A DNA stretch of 64,000 bases from Synechococcus sp. (GCA_047284725.1 JBJBEO010000001.1:1304203-1368202); one strand, 5' to 3'. Shown: positions 31,736 to 43,680, counted from the first letter of the stretch. Numbers and translations are program-made. The notes: generated from the letters alone by a model not told the origin.

Positions 31736-33154
31736 TCAGTCGAGCCACTCGGTGTGGAAGGAGCCCTCCCGATCGATGCGCTCATAGGTATGGGAACCGA
31801 AACAGTCACGCATGGCCTGAACGAGGTTCTGTGGAAGACGAGCCGTGCGGTAGCTGTTGATGTAATCGAGGGTGCTGCTGAGACAAGGGACGGGGATTCC
31901 AGCTTCAGCGGCACCAGCCACCACCTTGGCCAAACCGGGCAATCGACGGTTGACCTGCTCTGCGAACCAGGGATCAATCAGCAGATTGGGGAGTTGTGGA
32001 TCAGCATTGAATGCATCCTGAATCCGCTTGAGCAGTCGTGAGCGGATGATGCAACCACCTTTCCAGATCTGGGCAATGGCCGGCATGTGCAGGTCATAGT
32101 TGTGCTCGGCAGAGGCAATGCGCAGCAACTCCATTCCCTGGGCGTAGCTGGCCATACTCGCCAGCACCATGGCATCCATCAGCGGAGCCATCCCGTCTGC
32201 CGGTGTTCCCATCGCAAAGGGCTTCACAGGGGGACCATGCAGACAGGCTTCAGCCTTCACACGCTGATCCTTCATCGAACTCATCACGCGGCCATTGAGG
32301 GAGGCGTAGATGGTGGGCACCGACGCACCCAGTTGCAGGGCGCTGACCACCGTCCAGAGACCGGTTCCCTTCTGCCCTGCCTTGTCCTGGATTTTCTCCA
32401 CGAGATCGGTGGCGTCCTCAGGATCTTTTGTGCGCAGACAGACCTCCGTGATCTCCACGAGATACGAAGACAACTCCTCAGTACTGTTCCAGTGCGCAAA
32501 CACATCCGCCATCTGCGTGCCGTCCATGCCGGCCACCCGCTTCATCAGGTCATAACCCTCCGCAAGGATCTGTTCGATGCCGTACTCAATGCCGTTATGC
32601 ACGGTCTTGACGAAATGGCCTGAACCACCAGGGCCGATGTAGGTCACACAAGGGCCGTCCTCCACCTGGGCGGCCATCTTCGTGACAAGGCTTTCAATCG
32701 CGTCGTACGAGGCCTTGGTGCCACCGGGCATCATGCTCGGCCCTTCAAGCGCACCTTTGGCACCTCCAGAGACACCCATCCCGATAAAACCGAAGCTCTT
32801 GCTTTCCAGCTCAGCAACACGACGTTCGGTGTCTTGATATTCAGAATTACCGCCATCGATCAGCAGATCTCCTTCCTCGAGAAGAGGGGAGATCTGCTGG
32901 ATCACTGCATCCACGGCTGCACCGGCCTTGACCATCATCAGGATGCGGCGCGGATGCTGCAGTTTTGCCACGAAATCCTGAAGATCCTCGGCGCCCTGGA
33001 TGTCTTTACCAGCTCCTCGCCCTGCGAGGAACTCTTCGGTCTTTGCGTAGGTCCGGTTGTAAACCACACTGGAAAACCCATTGCGCTCAGCATTGAGCAC
33101 CAGATTTTCACCCATGACTCCGAGACCGATCAGGCCGAAATGAGCCTTAGACAT
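31736..33154 (-). CDS. gnd: NADP-dependent 6-phosphogluconate dehydrogenase
   Basis: GLIGLGVMG, DGGNS, GVSGG, HFVKTVHNGIEY, QKGTG, QAMRDCFGSHTYER. Confidence 0.98.
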   Translation of the reverse strand: MSKAHFGLIGLGVMGENLVLNAERNGFSSVVYNRTYAKTEEFLAGRGAGKDIQGAEDLQDFVAKLQHPRRILMMVKAGAAVDAVIQQISPLLEEGDLLIDGGNSEYQDTERRVAELESKSFGFIGMGVSGGAKGALEGPSMMPGGTKASYDAIESLVTKMAAQVEDGPCVTYIGPGGSGHFVKTVHNGIEYGIEQILAEGYDLMKRVAGMDGTQMADVFAHWNSTEELSSYLVEITEVCLRTKDPEDATDLVEKIQDKAGQKGTGLWTVVSALQLGASVPTIYASLNGRVMSSMKDQRVKAEACLHGPPVKPFAMGTPADGMAPLMDAMVLASMASYAQGMELLRIASAEHNYDLHMPAIAQIWKGGCIIRSRLLKRIQDAFNADPQLPNLLIDPWFAEQVNRRLPGLAKVVAGAAEAGIPVPCLSSTLDYINSYRTARLPQNLVQAMRDCFGSHTYERIDREGSFHTEWLD

Positions 33155-33189
33155 CGTCAGTGGTTGAACAATGCGATCAGTGTGGCCAT

Positions 33190-33214
33190 TGCAGTGCCTC
33201 TCAGGGGCACTGCA
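33190..33214 (-). other. Intercistronic hairpin between glgC and gnd
   Basis: TGCAGTGCC-N7-GGCACTGCA, a perfect 9-bp stem with no U-tract. Confidence 0.5.
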
Positions 33215-33251
33215 TCACCGACTGTCAGAAAGCGCAGACTGAGGGCGCTGC

Positions 33252-34547
33252 TCAGATCACCATGCCATCGGCGATCGAGGCGTTTTTGACCACCACAACA
33301 ATGCCGTTGCGGATGTAAAAACCGTGCTCAGGCCGATCAGCTTCCTCAACATTGTCCTTGTTGACGATGGTGACATTGCGGCCGACACGTGCGTTTTTAT
33401 CAAGGATGGCGCGCTTCACCGTCGACCCTTCACCCACCCCCATTGGGATGCCACCGTTTCGACGCAGCTCATCGCGTTCCGCGATCGATTCAAAGAAATC
33501 AGAACCCATCAGGAGTGAATCCTGAAGAACCACATTGTCTTCGACACGGCTTCTGACCCCAAGCACACAGTGATTGATGCTGCAGTTTTTCAGAATGGTG
33601 CCTTCACCAATAATTGAATCGGTGATCTGAGCATCAACAAGCTTGCTTGGCGGAAGGTAACGAGGACGGGTGTAAATCGGGAAGTTTTCTTCATAAAAAC
33701 TGAAGGGAGGTTTGGGCTGCTGAGTGAGAGCAAGATTAGCCTCATAAAAAGCACCAATTGTGCCGATATCTTCCCAATAATCATCAAAGACATAGCTGCG
33801 GAGATTCATGCCAGACTTCAACGCCTCTGGGATGACCTCTTTGCCAAAATCTTTGTAAGCAGGATAGTCATTCAACAGACTGAACAAAGCCTTGCGACTG
33901 AACACATAAATGCCCATGGAGGCAAGGTGTGGCTTTGCGGCTGCAGACTCGGACGAGAGACCGAAGCGAGAGGTATCAACCTCCATCTGTTTCAGAGACT
34001 CCCCTTTCGGCTTTTCCCGGAATTCCTGGATATTGCCATTTTCATCGGTCCGCATCAGACCGAAGGCTTCTGCCTGCACAGGATCCACTGGCAACGCAGC
34101 CACAGTGAGATCAGCACCTGTTTTGCGGTGATGCTCCACAAAGAGGCTGTAATCCATCCTGTAGAGCTGATCACCAGAGAGGATCAGATACTCATCCACA
34201 TCCCATTCCTGGAACAACCACTGGTACTTGCGCACCGCATCGGCAGTCCCTTCGAACCATGAGGGACTTTCAGGGGTTTGCTGCGCGGCAAGCACCTCAA
34301 CGAAACCCTGACCAAATCCAGCACTGAGGTCGTAGGTCTGAGTGAGGTGACGATTCAGTGACGCACTGTTGAACTGAGTCAACACGTACATCTTGTTGAT
34401 ATTCGAGTTGATGCAGTTACTGATGGGAATATCAATGAGCCGGTACTTACCCGCCAAGGGAACTGCAGGCTTGGCCCGCATCTTTGTGAGCGGATAGAGG
34501 CGAGTGCCAGCGCCACCCCCAAGAATAATCGCCAAAACCCGCTTCAT
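33252..34547 (-). CDS. glgC: Glucose-1-phosphate adenylyltransferase
   Basis: [46 protein letters not shown]. Confidence 0.98.
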   Translation of the reverse strand: MKRVLAIILGGGAGTRLYPLTKMRAKPAVPLAGKYRLIDIPISNCINSNINKMYVLTQFNSASLNRHLTQTYDLSAGFGQGFVEVLAAQQTPESPSWFEGTADAVRKYQWLFQEWDVDEYLILSGDQLYRMDYSLFVEHHRKTGADLTVAALPVDPVQAEAFGLMRTDENGNIQEFREKPKGESLKQMEVDTSRFGLSSESAAAKPHLASMGIYVFSRKALFSLLNDYPAYKDFGKEVIPEALKSGMNLRSYVFDDYWEDIGTIGAFYEANLALTQQPKPPFSFYEENFPIYTRPRYLPPSKLVDAQITDSIIGEGTILKNCSINHCVLGVRSRVEDNVVLQDSLLMGSDFFESIAERDELRRNGGIPMGVGEGSTVKRAILDKNARVGRNVTIVNKDNVEEADRPEHGFYIRNGIVVVVKNASIADGMVI

Positions 34548-34680
34548 ACCTACGTCTGTATACCAGAGACGCGAGATAACCTAACGGACTTTTTCAAAGA
34601 AAAACCGTCGGCGGCACAGATCAGTCGAGAACAACAAGACTCTGTTCAAGACTCCGTGACTCGCGCCGACGGATTTGGAT

Positions 34681-35991
34681 TCAGCCCTTGGGAGGCTCAC
34701 CTCCCAACGCAAACACGCGCTCAACCACCTGCAGCGCCTCCTGACGTTGAGCTCTCGGTTGAGGACTGCGCAGCTGGGTGACTGGGGTATGCAAGATCTT
34801 GTTCAAGATGCCTTTGGTCAGGGCTTCAACAACCTTGCGCTCTCGAGCCGAGAAATCAGGGCCCATGCGACTCAACGCCTTCTGCAGTTCCTCGGTACGG
34901 ATCTCCTCGAGAGAAGCACGCAGCTTGTTGATGGTCGGCACAGCTTCCAGGCTGTCCCACCATTCAAGGAAAAGCCGCGATTCTTCATCCAGCAACCCTT
35001 GAGCCTCTCGAGCGACCTGTTGCCGAGCTTCCTGGTTCCTGGCCACAACCTCTTGAAGATCGTCAACGTCGTAAGCCTCAACGCCAGGGACCCCCTCCAC
35101 ATCGGCGGCAATGTTGCGAGGAACCCCGATATCAATCAACCGCAGAGAACTGCGGCGATTGAGACGATTCAGACGCTCGGCATCGATGATCGGCTCCGAG
35201 GCTGCGGTGCTTGTAAACACCAAGGAACTGGTACTCAGGGTGCGGTCGAGATCCTCAAGAGAGCTGCACTGCACTGGCAGACCTGGGAAATCAGCCGCAA
35301 GGGTTTCGGCACGCTCGCGTGTGCGATTGAGCAGAACCACACCGGTACAGCCTTTGGACTGGAGATGCTGCAACAGCAAACGGCTCATCCGGCCCGCACC
35401 AACAATGGCAACCTGTTCAGACTCAAGGCTGACAAGGTCATCGACCCCGCGAGACTGTCCAAGCTTGAGCTGGGCCAGCTCGACGGCCGCGGAGCTAACG
35501 GACACCGCACCCGTACTCAGATTGGTTTCAGAGCGAACGCGCTTTCCAGTGCTGACGGCCTGAGTCAGCAAGCGGTTCAGAATTGGACCGATCGAACGAT
35601 GTTCCTGGCCCAGGCGCATCATTTTCTTGACCTGGGAGAGGATCTGACCTTCACCAAGGACAAGACTGTCGAGACCAGCCGAAACCCTCATGAGGTGATC
35701 GACGGCTTCGTTGTGGTGATACGCAAAAAGATGCGGAGAGAGATCATCCGTCGCCAAACCGGAATGTCCACTCAGGAAGTCCCTCACAGCTGAGATTCCC
35801 AGCTCAGGGTGCCTCACCAGGGTGTAGATCTCCAGACGATTGCAGGTGCTGAGGATGGAAGCCTCAAGCACCTGGTCGTGTCCCCGAAGGGTCTGGAGAG
35901 AGGTCTCGATGGTTTGCTCAGGGATGCTGAGCTTTTCACGGATTTCGACCGGTGCCGTGCGATGACTGAGGCCGACGACGGCAATATGCAT
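34681..35991 (-). CDS. hemA: Glutamyl-tRNA reductase
   Basis: GLSHRTAPVEIREK, LSTCNRLE, GLDSLVLGEGQIL, GAGRM, DIGVPRNI. Confidence 0.98.
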   Translation of the reverse strand: MHIAVVGLSHRTAPVEIREKLSIPEQTIETSLQTLRGHDQVLEASILSTCNRLEIYTLVRHPELGISAVRDFLSGHSGLATDDLSPHLFAYHHNEAVDHLMRVSAGLDSLVLGEGQILSQVKKMMRLGQEHRSIGPILNRLLTQAVSTGKRVRSETNLSTGAVSVSSAAVELAQLKLGQSRGVDDLVSLESEQVAIVGAGRMSRLLLQHLQSKGCTGVVLLNRTRERAETLAADFPGLPVQCSSLEDLDRTLSTSSLVFTSTAASEPIIDAERLNRLNRRSSLRLIDIGVPRNIAADVEGVPGVEAYDVDDLQEVVARNQEARQQVAREAQGLLDEESRLFLEWWDSLEAVPTINKLRASLEEIRTEELQKALSRMGPDFSARERKVVEALTKGILNKILHTPVTQLRSPQPRAQRQEALQVVERVFALGGEPPKG

Positions 35992-36022
35992 GGAGATGGT
36001 CCTCTGATCCAGACGTCGACGT

Positions 36023-37027
36023 TCAGTTCAAGCCGATGCTCTGAGCGCCGTCCTTGATGTGCACGGTGTCAGTGAAGCGACAGGTGTTGTCAAGGTTGCT
36101 GATCACCAGGCTGCTGGTGCGGGTGCAATCCTTTTCGAACTTCACACCGTTGAACAGCAGACCATCGGTGATGCCGCTACCAGCGAAGATAACGTGCTCA
36201 CCAGAGGCCAGCTCTTCCGCTTCGTAGATCTTGTCAGGGTCAGCGATCCCCATTTCGGCAAGACGGGCCAGGTTCCCTTCCTTGGTGAGATCAGCCCACT
36301 CCTTGGTCTGAGCGACAGCGGGGTCATAGACAAGCTGTCCCTGGAAATGGCCGCCAAGAGCGCGCATGGCAGCAGCGGAAATGACACCCTCTGGAGCAGC
36401 GCCAATTCCCATCAAACAGTGAGTGCCGGTCCCAGCAAAGCCACAGGCGATCGCAGCCTGCACATCGCCATCAGAAATCGGCTGCACGCGGGCACCGGTG
36501 GCACGGATTTCAGCGATCAGATCCTTGTGGCGGGCGCGATCCATCACCACGATGGTGAGTTCGCTGGGTGCCATGCCGAGGCACTCGCTCAGAATCTTGA
36601 TGTTTTCGGTTGCCGACTTGCGGATATCCACCTTGCCTTTGGCGGCCGGGGGGGCAGCCAGCTTCTTCATGTAGAAGTCGGGTGCATTGAACAAGCCACC
36701 CCGGTCGGATGCTGCAAGAACGGCCATGGAGCCGCGCTGGTTGTTGGCACAGAGATTGGTGCCTTCGCAGGGATCCACAGCGAAATCCACACCAGGGCCG
36801 GTGCCGCTGCCCACTTCCTCACCGATGTAGAGCATGGGAGCTTCGTCACGCTCACCCTCACCAATCACGATGCGACCCTGCATTTGGATCTGGCCCATGC
36901 GCTGACGCATGGCCTCCACAGCAGCAGCGTCGGCTTCGTCCTTCTGACCAAGACCGGTGAGCTTTGCGGAAGCGATGGCCGCCTGCTCAACGACTTCAAG
37001 AATTTCCTGGATGAGAGTGCGATCCAC
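36023..37027 (-). CDS. glpX: Class II fructose-1,6-/sedoheptulose-1,7-bisphosphatase
   Basis: [36 protein letters not shown]. Confidence 0.98.
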   Translation of the reverse strand: MDRTLIQEILEVVEQAAIASAKLTGLGQKDEADAAAVEAMRQRMGQIQMQGRIVIGEGERDEAPMLYIGEEVGSGTGPGVDFAVDPCEGTNLCANNQRGSMAVLAASDRGGLFNAPDFYMKKLAAPPAAKGKVDIRKSATENIKILSECLGMAPSELTIVVMDRARHKDLIAEIRATGARVQPISDGDVQAAIACGFAGTGTHCLMGIGAAPEGVISAAAMRALGGHFQGQLVYDPAVAQTKEWADLTKEGNLARLAEMGIADPDKIYEAEELASGEHVIFAGSGITDGLLFNGVKFEKDCTRTSSLVISNLDNTCRFTDTVHIKDGAQSIGLN

Positions 37028-37164
37028 TGGAGTGCGACGTTGGGGGTAAGGGTGCAGCGAGCGGAAGTCGTACAGACAATGCAGACAAGGGGCAAAGATC
37101 CCGATGCAGCAATGCTTTCCGGCTCAAGAGCGCGGCTCACTGTATCAGCGCCTTCGGCGGTTCC

Positions 37165-37170
37165 TACAAT
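37165..37170 (+). promoter_or_regulatory. Putative -10 element (TACAAT) for rpe
   Basis: TACAAT ends 28 nt upstream of the rpe ATG, in the divergent glpX/rpe gap. Confidence 0.4.
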
Positions 37171-37197
37171 CGCCGCGCAATTCCCGTAGTTCCCTCC

Positions 37198-37866
37198 ATG
37201 AGCACCAAGCCTCTGGTGATCTCCCCGTCCATCCTGTCTGCCGACTTCGCCAAGCTGGGCGAAGAGGTCAAGGCGGTGGACCAGGCTGGTGCCGACTGGA
37301 TTCACGTGGACGTGATGGATGGTCGTTTCGTCCCCAACATCACCATCGGTCCACTGATCGTTGAAGCACTGCGTCCAGTCACCCAGAAGCCCCTCGACGT
37401 TCACCTGATGATCGTTGAGCCCGAGAAGTACGTGGCCGACTTCGCCAAAGCCGGCGCCGACATCATTTCGGTGCAGGTGGAAGCCTGTCCCCACCTGCAC
37501 CGGAACCTTGCTCAGATCAAGGATCTCGGAAAAATGGCAGGGGCCGTCCTCAACCCCAGCACGCCGCTCGACACTCTGGAGTACTGCCTTGAGCTGTGCG
37601 ACCTGGTGCTGATCATGAGTGTCAACCCCGGCTTCGGTGGTCAGAGCTTCATCGACAATCAGGTGCAGAAAATCCGTGACCTGCGCCGCATGTGCGACGA
37701 GCGAGGTCTCGATCCCTGGATCGAGGTGGACGGAGGGATCAAGGGTGCGAATGCCTGGAAGGTGATCGAAGCCGGTGCCAACGCCATCGTCAGCGGCTCG
37801 GGGGTGTTCAACCAGCCCGACTACGCCGCTGCCATTCAAGGCATCCGCGACAGCAAGAAGTCCTGA
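37198..37866 (+). CDS. rpe: Ribulose-phosphate 3-epimerase
   Basis: [44 protein letters not shown]. Confidence 0.98.
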   Translation: MSTKPLVISPSILSADFAKLGEEVKAVDQAGADWIHVDVMDGRFVPNITIGPLIVEALRPVTQKPLDVHLMIVEPEKYVADFAKAGADIISVQVEACPHLHRNLAQIKDLGKMAGAVLNPSTPLDTLEYCLELCDLVLIMSVNPGFGGQSFIDNQVQKIRDLRRMCDERGLDPWIEVDGGIKGANAWKVIEAGANAIVSGSGVFNQPDYAAAIQGIRDSKKS

Positions 37867-37900
37867 TCAACCTGATCAAAGGACTTGAGGTCAAACCATG

Positions 37901-37930
37901 AATCGCCCCGACAGACGGGGCGATTTTTTT
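37901..37930 (+). terminator. Rho-independent terminator after rpe
   Basis: AATCGCCCCG-ACAGA-CGGGGCGATT followed by a T run. Confidence 0.85.
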
Positions 37931-38006
37931 GTGGACATCAGCGCCAGGTCAAACCATCGGACACGGTATTGACGTTGCTCCGAAGAATTGGCCCGATCCG
38001 GGCCCC

Positions 38007-38933
38007 TCAATCCCCGAAGAACCATCCATAGCTGTGCAGCCCGATACCAAGAAGATTGACACCGATGTAGCAAACAACAATCACCACCAGACCAACCGCA
38101 GCCACAAGCGCTGGCTTACGTCCCTGCCAGCCGCGACTCAAACGGGTGTGCAGGTACGCCGCATACACCAACCAGCAGATCAGGGCCCAGGTTTCCTTTG
38201 GATCCCAGCTCCACCAGCTGCCCCAGGCTTCATTGGCCCAGACCGCACCGCTGATGATGCCGACCGTGAGCAACAGGAAACCAACGGTGATCGTGCGGTA
38301 ACTGAGGCTGTCGAGCTGCTCGCTTCGGCTGAAGGCCACCGACTCGAGATCAAGATTCGTTGAAGAGGGAGCTCCCTCGAGAGCTGCCCGCCGGAAACCT
38401 CCACTGCCGATTGAACTGCTGCGCAGCTCAAGAGCATTGTCTCGATCGATCAAAAGAACCGCAATCGACAACAGCGAACCCACCAGAAGAGCGGCGTAAC
38501 TCACCATGATCACGCTCACATGCATGACCAACCAACTGGAGCGCAGAGCTGGCACAAGCGGGGAAGCCTCCTGAAGTCGATCAGGCAAGGCAAAGCTGGC
38601 GAAAGCAACGCAACCCAGCCCCATGGGAGTCGCTGCCGCCGCCACAAGAGGAGAAGGCCAACTGCGCTCCACCAACAGTTGCGTCAGCGTGCAGGCCCAG
38701 GCGAGGAAACAGAGCGATTCGTAGAGGTTACTGATCGGGAAATGGCCGGATTGCCACCAGCGCAGCACCAGTTGCGCGGTGAGGCTGAGATTGGCAAGGG
38801 CCACCAGCACCCTGACCCCTGACGATGTTGTGCCGCTGGAGGCGGACCAGAATCCCCAGGGCAGGGCTGCGAGCAACAGTGCAAATGCTGCAAGACCCAG
38901 AAGCAGCACGGGATCATCGCCTGCGATGGGCAT
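38007..38933 (-). CDS. ccsA: Cytochrome c biogenesis protein CcsA/CcsB (system II)
   Basis: [27 protein letters not shown] domain [24 protein letters not shown]. Confidence 0.93.
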   Translation of the reverse strand: MPIAGDDPVLLLGLAAFALLLAALPWGFWSASSGTTSSGVRVLVALANLSLTAQLVLRWWQSGHFPISNLYESLCFLAWACTLTQLLVERSWPSPLVAAAATPMGLGCVAFASFALPDRLQEASPLVPALRSSWLVMHVSVIMVSYAALLVGSLLSIAVLLIDRDNALELRSSSIGSGGFRRAALEGAPSSTNLDLESVAFSRSEQLDSLSYRTITVGFLLLTVGIISGAVWANEAWGSWWSWDPKETWALICWLVYAAYLHTRLSRGWQGRKPALVAAVGLVVIVVCYIGVNLLGIGLHSYGWFFGD

Positions 38934-38977
38934 GGGCAACGTGAAGATCTCCAAGGAAATGATTTTGGCGGGAAAAG

Positions 38978-40147
38978 TCAGCGGCTGGCCTGTCGGAGCA
39001 GAGTCCAACCTCCAGCCAGACAGATCAGCACCGGTGACCAGGCTGCCAACAAGGGAGGCAGCGTTCCTTTGACGCCAAGGGAGCTGAAGCTGAAGCTGAG
39101 CACGTAGTAGACAAGGATGAGCACCACACTGATGCCAAATCCCTGACTGCGACTGGTTCGATTATTGGGTTTGGCACCAAGACTGCTGCCAATCAGACCA
39201 AACACCAGACAGGCCATCGGAAGCGTGAATTTCTCTTGAATCCGCACACGCAGGCGCCGGGCCTCCTTGCGATCGCCGGCATCCCTTAACAGCTTTTCGG
39301 CTTCAATCGCCTCAAGCACCGTCATGTTGTTGGCGTCTTTGGGCAACTTGGCAATGCGCACAGGTGCCGCACTCAGGGGGTAGAGGTAGCGGTCGAACTG
39401 GGCCGTAATGGTTCCGCCCTCCGGAGTCAGCGTGACGCTCTGCCCTTCCAAAAACTCCCATTTACCCTCCACTTCATTCCATTTGGCTTGGTCAGCCACC
39501 AGCATCTGTGTGTAACCAATTCGGGAAAAGTCCAGCACCGTCACACCCTGCATCGTTCCCTTGCGGAATTCCCTGGCATAGAAAAGCTGAGCCAGCCCCC
39601 TCGAGCGATCACCGTCTTCGGCACCGGCGAGGCGTCCAAAACGGGAATAGACGATGTCTTCACCCTTTTCAGTGGAGATAGCCTTACCAAGGGCTCTCTG
39701 CAGGGTGAATTCGGCGGAACGATTGCTGCGAGGAACGATCACATCGTTGAACACGAACGTGAGTGATGTCATCACAAGTGACAACGCCAGCGCCGGCGCG
39801 ATCATCCTCTGAGCCGTCACTCCGACACTGCGCAGAGCTGTCAACTCACTGTTAGCCGACAGGCGGCTGTAGGCGAGCAATGTGGCCATCAGGGTGGCCA
39901 TCGGAAACGAAATCACCAGAAAACTGGGCAGGCGCATCATCAACACCTGAACAGCGACCAAGACCGGCAGGCCTGACTCCACAATCTTGCGGACCAGGTC
40001 GAACATCACTCCCACAGAGAGGGAGACCACGGTGAATGCCGCAATGGCAAACAACAGTGGACCGATCAGTTCAACAATCAGCCAGCGATCCAGAAGGGGA
40101 ATTCGTCGAATCGTGCCTGTAAGCCGTTGGTGAAGGGTGGCCATCAC
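38978..40147 (-). CDS. LptF/LptG (YjgP/Q) permease
   Basis: [35 protein letters not shown]. Confidence 0.9.
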   Translation of the reverse strand: MMATLHQRLTGTIRRIPLLDRWLIVELIGPLLFAIAAFTVVSLSVGVMFDLVRKIVESGLPVLVAVQVLMMRLPSFLVISFPMATLMATLLAYSRLSANSELTALRSVGVTAQRMIAPALALSLVMTSLTFVFNDVIVPRSNRSAEFTLQRALGKAISTEKGEDIVYSRFGRLAGAEDGDRSRGLAQLFYAREFRKGTMQGVTVLDFSRIGYTQMLVADQAKWNEVEGKWEFLEGQSVTLTPEGGTITAQFDRYLYPLSAAPVRIAKLPKDANNMTVLEAIEAEKLLRDAGDRKEARRLRVRIQEKFTLPMACLVFGLIGSSLGAKPNNRTSRSQGFGISVVLILVYYVLSFSFSSLGVKGTLPPLLAAWSPVLICLAGGWTLLRQASR

Positions 40148-40872
40148 AGCTGGAAGCCCTCGCCGAGATAGTGACGACGCACAAGAGGATCATGGGCCAC
40201 TTGCTCAGACGGGCCTGAAGCAAGGATGGATCCATCCGTGAGGATGTAAGCGCGATCCGTGATCGCCAGGGTTTCACGCACGTTGTGATCAGTGATGAGA
40301 ATGCCCATACCGCGTTCGCGCAGAGAATGAATCAACCCCTGCAGATCGGCCACGGCCAGGGGGTCGACCCCCGCGAAGGGTTCATCAAGCAGGAGATAAC
40401 GCGGGCCTTCAAGGCCCACTGCGAGAGCACGAGCCACCTCTGTGCGTCGACGTTCCCCTCCAGACAGCTGAAATCCTTTTCGATCCAGAAAAGGCTGGAG
40501 GTGAAAGTCATCAATCAATTGATGGAGACGTTCACGGCTCTGAGAAGATGAAAGTCCACTCTGCGCCAGGACAAGCTGAAGGTTGTCGCGCACCGAAAGT
40601 TGGCGGAACACACTGGGCTCTTGAGGCAAGTAGCCAATACCAAGGCGTGCTCGCTCTGGCATCGAAAGAGACACCACAGGATGGCCATCCATCAGAACCT
40701 GACCTGAGTCAGGCCTAAGCAAACCGATCACAAGGTTGAAGGTGGTGGTCTTGCCGGCGCCATTCGGGCCAAGCAAACCGATCACTTCGCCGGGTTTCAA
40801 CTGCAAAGACACATCGGAAACCAGAGGCCGACCCGCCAGAGTGAGGGCCACCCGATCGAGGGTGAGACTCAT
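40144..40872 (-). CDS. lptB: LPS export ABC ATPase
   Basis: GLLGPNGAGKTT, GYLPQE.SVFR, LSGGERRR.E, LLDEPFAGVDP, ITDHNVRETL. Confidence 0.96.
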   Translation of the reverse strand: MSLTLDRVALTLAGRPLVSDVSLQLKPGEVIGLLGPNGAGKTTTFNLVIGLLRPDSGQVLMDGHPVVSLSMPERARLGIGYLPQEPSVFRQLSVRDNLQLVLAQSGLSSSQSRERLHQLIDDFHLQPFLDRKGFQLSGGERRRTEVARALAVGLEGPRYLLLDEPFAGVDPLAVADLQGLIHSLRERGMGILITDHNVRETLAITDRAYILTDGSILASGPSEQVAHDPLVRRHYLGEGFQL

Positions 40873-41417
40873 GGCGTCAGAGGCGTCGGCATGGGACGGC
40901 CGGACTGGATCACCATCTGGCTGAAGACCTGCTGACCTGAGGTGGGTTCCGCTTCCGCCCGCCCCTGCTCCAGCAGATACACAACGCGCTCTGCGCGAAG
41001 GGCATTGCCGCCATCTTGCACGATATCCACGTCACCGGTGAGCACCAAACGACCCTCCTGGCTGAAATACTGCGCCTGACGCGCCGTGGCCACCATGCCG
41101 CGGGATGGGTAAACGATCCTCACGTTGCCAGCAGCGGTGACGACACCAGTGACATTGTCGGCACTTTGTGTATCCGATTCGATCGTGATCAGCCCTCGAG
41201 GCGCAACCTCTGCAGCAGGCTCAGATCCAACATTGGATGGGCCTTCCACAGGAGCCAGAGACTGGGCGAGTGCTGGGCGGCTGGAAGCAACCACGCTGCC
41301 CGCAGCCAGCAGAGCGAACAAAGCCAACGTCAGAGAAGGCTGAGCTCGGTTAGGCCGGAGTGGGGGAAACAACAGCCAACGAGCCACGAACTGAGCCCAA
41401 TGTACCGAGAAGGTCAT
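40869..41417 (-). CDS. lptA: LptA/OstA-family protein
   Basis: ITIESD.Q.AD...G..TA.GNV.I, L.LTG.V...Q.G....AE...Y. Operon with lptB via ATGA overlaps. Confidence 0.8.
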   Translation of the reverse strand: MTFSVHWAQFVARWLLFPPLRPNRAQPSLTLALFALLAAGSVVASSRPALAQSLAPVEGPSNVGSEPAAEVAPRGLITIESDTQSADNVTGVVTAAGNVRIVYPSRGMVATARQAQYFSQEGRLVLTGDVDIVQDGGNALRAERVVYLLEQGRAEAEPTSGQQVFSQMVIQSGRPMPTPLTP

Positions 41418-41803
41418 GGCCGATCGACCAGCACTGGGACGGGACAAGAAGCGGGATCTCCGCCTTGCTGAAGCACGGAAAGACGACGAATCACGCTGGC
41501 ACGAAACTGCTGGAGATCAAGACCGAAATCGGGACAATCGATTCCGTTGAGACGGCCCAGACCTTCCCCTAAAAGAATGGTGGCTCCCTTGCTGTTGTTG
41601 CGTTCGAGATGAACGTGAGCCACAGCCACCTGAATCAGGCCCTGCAGCACACGCCGATCAGGGTCGGATGTTTCATGCCAGAGATCCTCGAACGCATCGT
41701 GGGAGGCATACCACTGCTGGTCATTGAACAACTGAACCCCCAGCTGAAACCGGGGGTCCTGTCGGATCGGGTCCTGTTGAGGAACCTGACGATCAATGCT
41801 CAA
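41414..41803 (-). CDS. DUF309 family protein
   Basis: GV.LFN...WY.SHD.FE.LW, QGLIQVAVA..H...N..GA. Confidence 0.88.
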   Translation of the reverse strand: MSIDRQVPQQDPIRQDPRFQLGVQLFNDQQWYASHDAFEDLWHETSDPDRRVLQGLIQVAVAHVHLERNNSKGATILLGEGLGRLNGIDCPDFGLDLQQFRASVIRRLSVLQQGGDPASCPVPVLVDRP

Positions 41804-43602
41804 CGCTTGGCCATCTTCTTGGCAGGAAGCTTGCGAAGACGAATGGATTCAGGCGTGACCTCGAGCATTTCATCAGGACCGATGTACTCCAGGGCACGCT
41901 CCAGTGTCATCTGAACCGGGGCTTGCAGAGTATCGAGTTCGTCAGCACCTGCTGAACGCATGTTGGTGAGCTGCTTGGCCTTGCAGACATTGATCTCCAG
42001 GTCCTGAGGCCGATTGTTCTCTCCGATGATCATTCCCTTGTAGACCTTCGTGCCAGGCGAGATGAAGAACTGGCCACGATCCTCAGCGTTCTTGAGCGCA
42101 TAGAACGTTGCTGTGCCTTCCTCGAAGGCAATCAAGACACCGTTGCGACGCGTATCGAAATCGCCCAGCATCGGTCGATACTCGAAGAAGGAATGGCTCA
42201 TGATTCCTTCACCGCGGGTGGCACGGATGAATTCACCACGGAAACCGATCAAGCCGCGGGAAGGAACGATGAATTCAAGCTGCGTGCGGCCGTCGGAACT
42301 GGTTTCCATGTTCTGCATCTCACCCTTGCGTGTCCCGAGCTTCTCGATGCAGGCACCAACGGCAGCTTCAGGAACATCCATCACCAAGGTTTCAACAGGC
42401 TCACAGGGTGTGCCATCAATCGTGCGGAAGATCACCTGAGGCTGGGACACCTGAAACTCGTACCCTTCCCGACGCATGGTTTCGATCAGAATTCCCAGAT
42501 GAAGCTCACCGCGGCCGCTCACGGCAAAGCGATCAGGTGACTCCGTGTCTTCAACACGCAGGGCAACGTTGGTCAGCAATTCGCGCTGAAGGCGGTCACG
42601 CACCTGACGGCTGGTGACGAATTTGCCCTCCTTGCCGGCGAAGGGGGAATCGTTGACAACGAAAGTCATCTGAAGAGTGGGCTCGTCCACCTTGATCAGA
42701 GGGAGAGCCTTTGGCTCATCCGGGCAGGCAATCGTCTCTCCGATGTTCACATCATCGAATCCGGCCACCGCCACCATGTCGCCGGCGGATGCTTGTTCGA
42801 TCTCCACACGCTGGAGACCTTCGAAACCGAGCAGCTTGCTGATCCGCCCCTTCTTGACCTTGCCATCGTCCTTGATCAGGGAGGCGTTCTGGCCCTGACG
42901 GATCACACCGTTATGAACCCGACCGATGATGATCCTGCCCAGGAAATCGGAATAGTCGAGGGTGGTGATCTGAAGCTGCAGGGGCTTCTCAGCGTCACCG
43001 ACCGGGGGCGGAACATGGCGGAGGATCGCATCGAACAGAGGACGCATGTTGTCGCTGTCCGTCTTCATGTCGGGCTTGGCGAAGCCGCCCAAACCACTGC
43101 CGAAGAGGTAGGGAAAGTCGCATTGGTCGTCATCGGCGCCTAGCTCAAGGAAGAGATCAAGCACCTTGTCGACGGCGGTTTCGGGGTCAACGCGTGCTCG
43201 GTCGATCTTGTTGACGAACACGATGGGACGGAGACCCTGTTCAAGGGCCTTTTTCAGCACGAAACGGGTCTGGGGCATCGGCCCCTCATTGGCATCCACA
43301 ATCAGCAGACAGCCGTCCACCATGCCAAGCACCCGCTCCACTTCTCCGCCGAAATCAGCGTGACCAGGGGTGTCGACAATATTGATACGGGTGTCGTTGT
43401 AATCAACCGCGGTGTTCTTCGACAGGATTGTGATGCCGCGCTCGCGCTCCAGGTCGTTGGAGTCCATGACGCAGGTGGGTACCGCTTCGTTGTCACGGAA
43501 GATGCCCGATTGCGCCAGCAACGCATCGACCAGGGTCGTCTTGCCATGGTCGACGTGGGCGATGATCGCGATATTGCGGATCGCCTTGTTGTGGGCACTC
43601 AT
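41800..43602 (-). CDS. typA: Translational GTPase TypA/BipA
   Basis: [49 protein letters not shown]. Confidence 0.98.
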   Translation of the reverse strand: MSAHNKAIRNIAIIAHVDHGKTTLVDALLAQSGIFRDNEAVPTCVMDSNDLERERGITILSKNTAVDYNDTRINIVDTPGHADFGGEVERVLGMVDGCLLIVDANEGPMPQTRFVLKKALEQGLRPIVFVNKIDRARVDPETAVDKVLDLFLELGADDDQCDFPYLFGSGLGGFAKPDMKTDSDNMRPLFDAILRHVPPPVGDAEKPLQLQITTLDYSDFLGRIIIGRVHNGVIRQGQNASLIKDDGKVKKGRISKLLGFEGLQRVEIEQASAGDMVAVAGFDDVNIGETIACPDEPKALPLIKVDEPTLQMTFVVNDSPFAGKEGKFVTSRQVRDRLQRELLTNVALRVEDTESPDRFAVSGRGELHLGILIETMRREGYEFQVSQPQVIFRTIDGTPCEPVETLVMDVPEAAVGACIEKLGTRKGEMQNMETSSDGRTQLEFIVPSRGLIGFRGEFIRATRGEGIMSHSFFEYRPMLGDFDTRRNGVLIAFEEGTATFYALKNAEDRGQFFISPGTKVYKGMIIGENNRPQDLEINVCKAKQLTNMRSAGADELDTLQAPVQMTLERALEYIGPDEMLEVTPESIRLRKLPAKKMAKR

Positions 43603-43680
43603 GATGTCCGTGACGTTCTGTGAATAAAGCCTGAACGCCCGCAGGCGTTGCTGAGCAAGGCTATCTCAACGTGAGAAACG

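Noticed and set aside
36059..37189. 376-aa ORF antisense to glpX (similar cases opposite fba, accD, hemA, rpe, leuB/prk and recG)
   Set aside because: These are shadow ORFs produced by GC-rich, strongly biased codon usage on the coding strand. They have no recognisable motifs.
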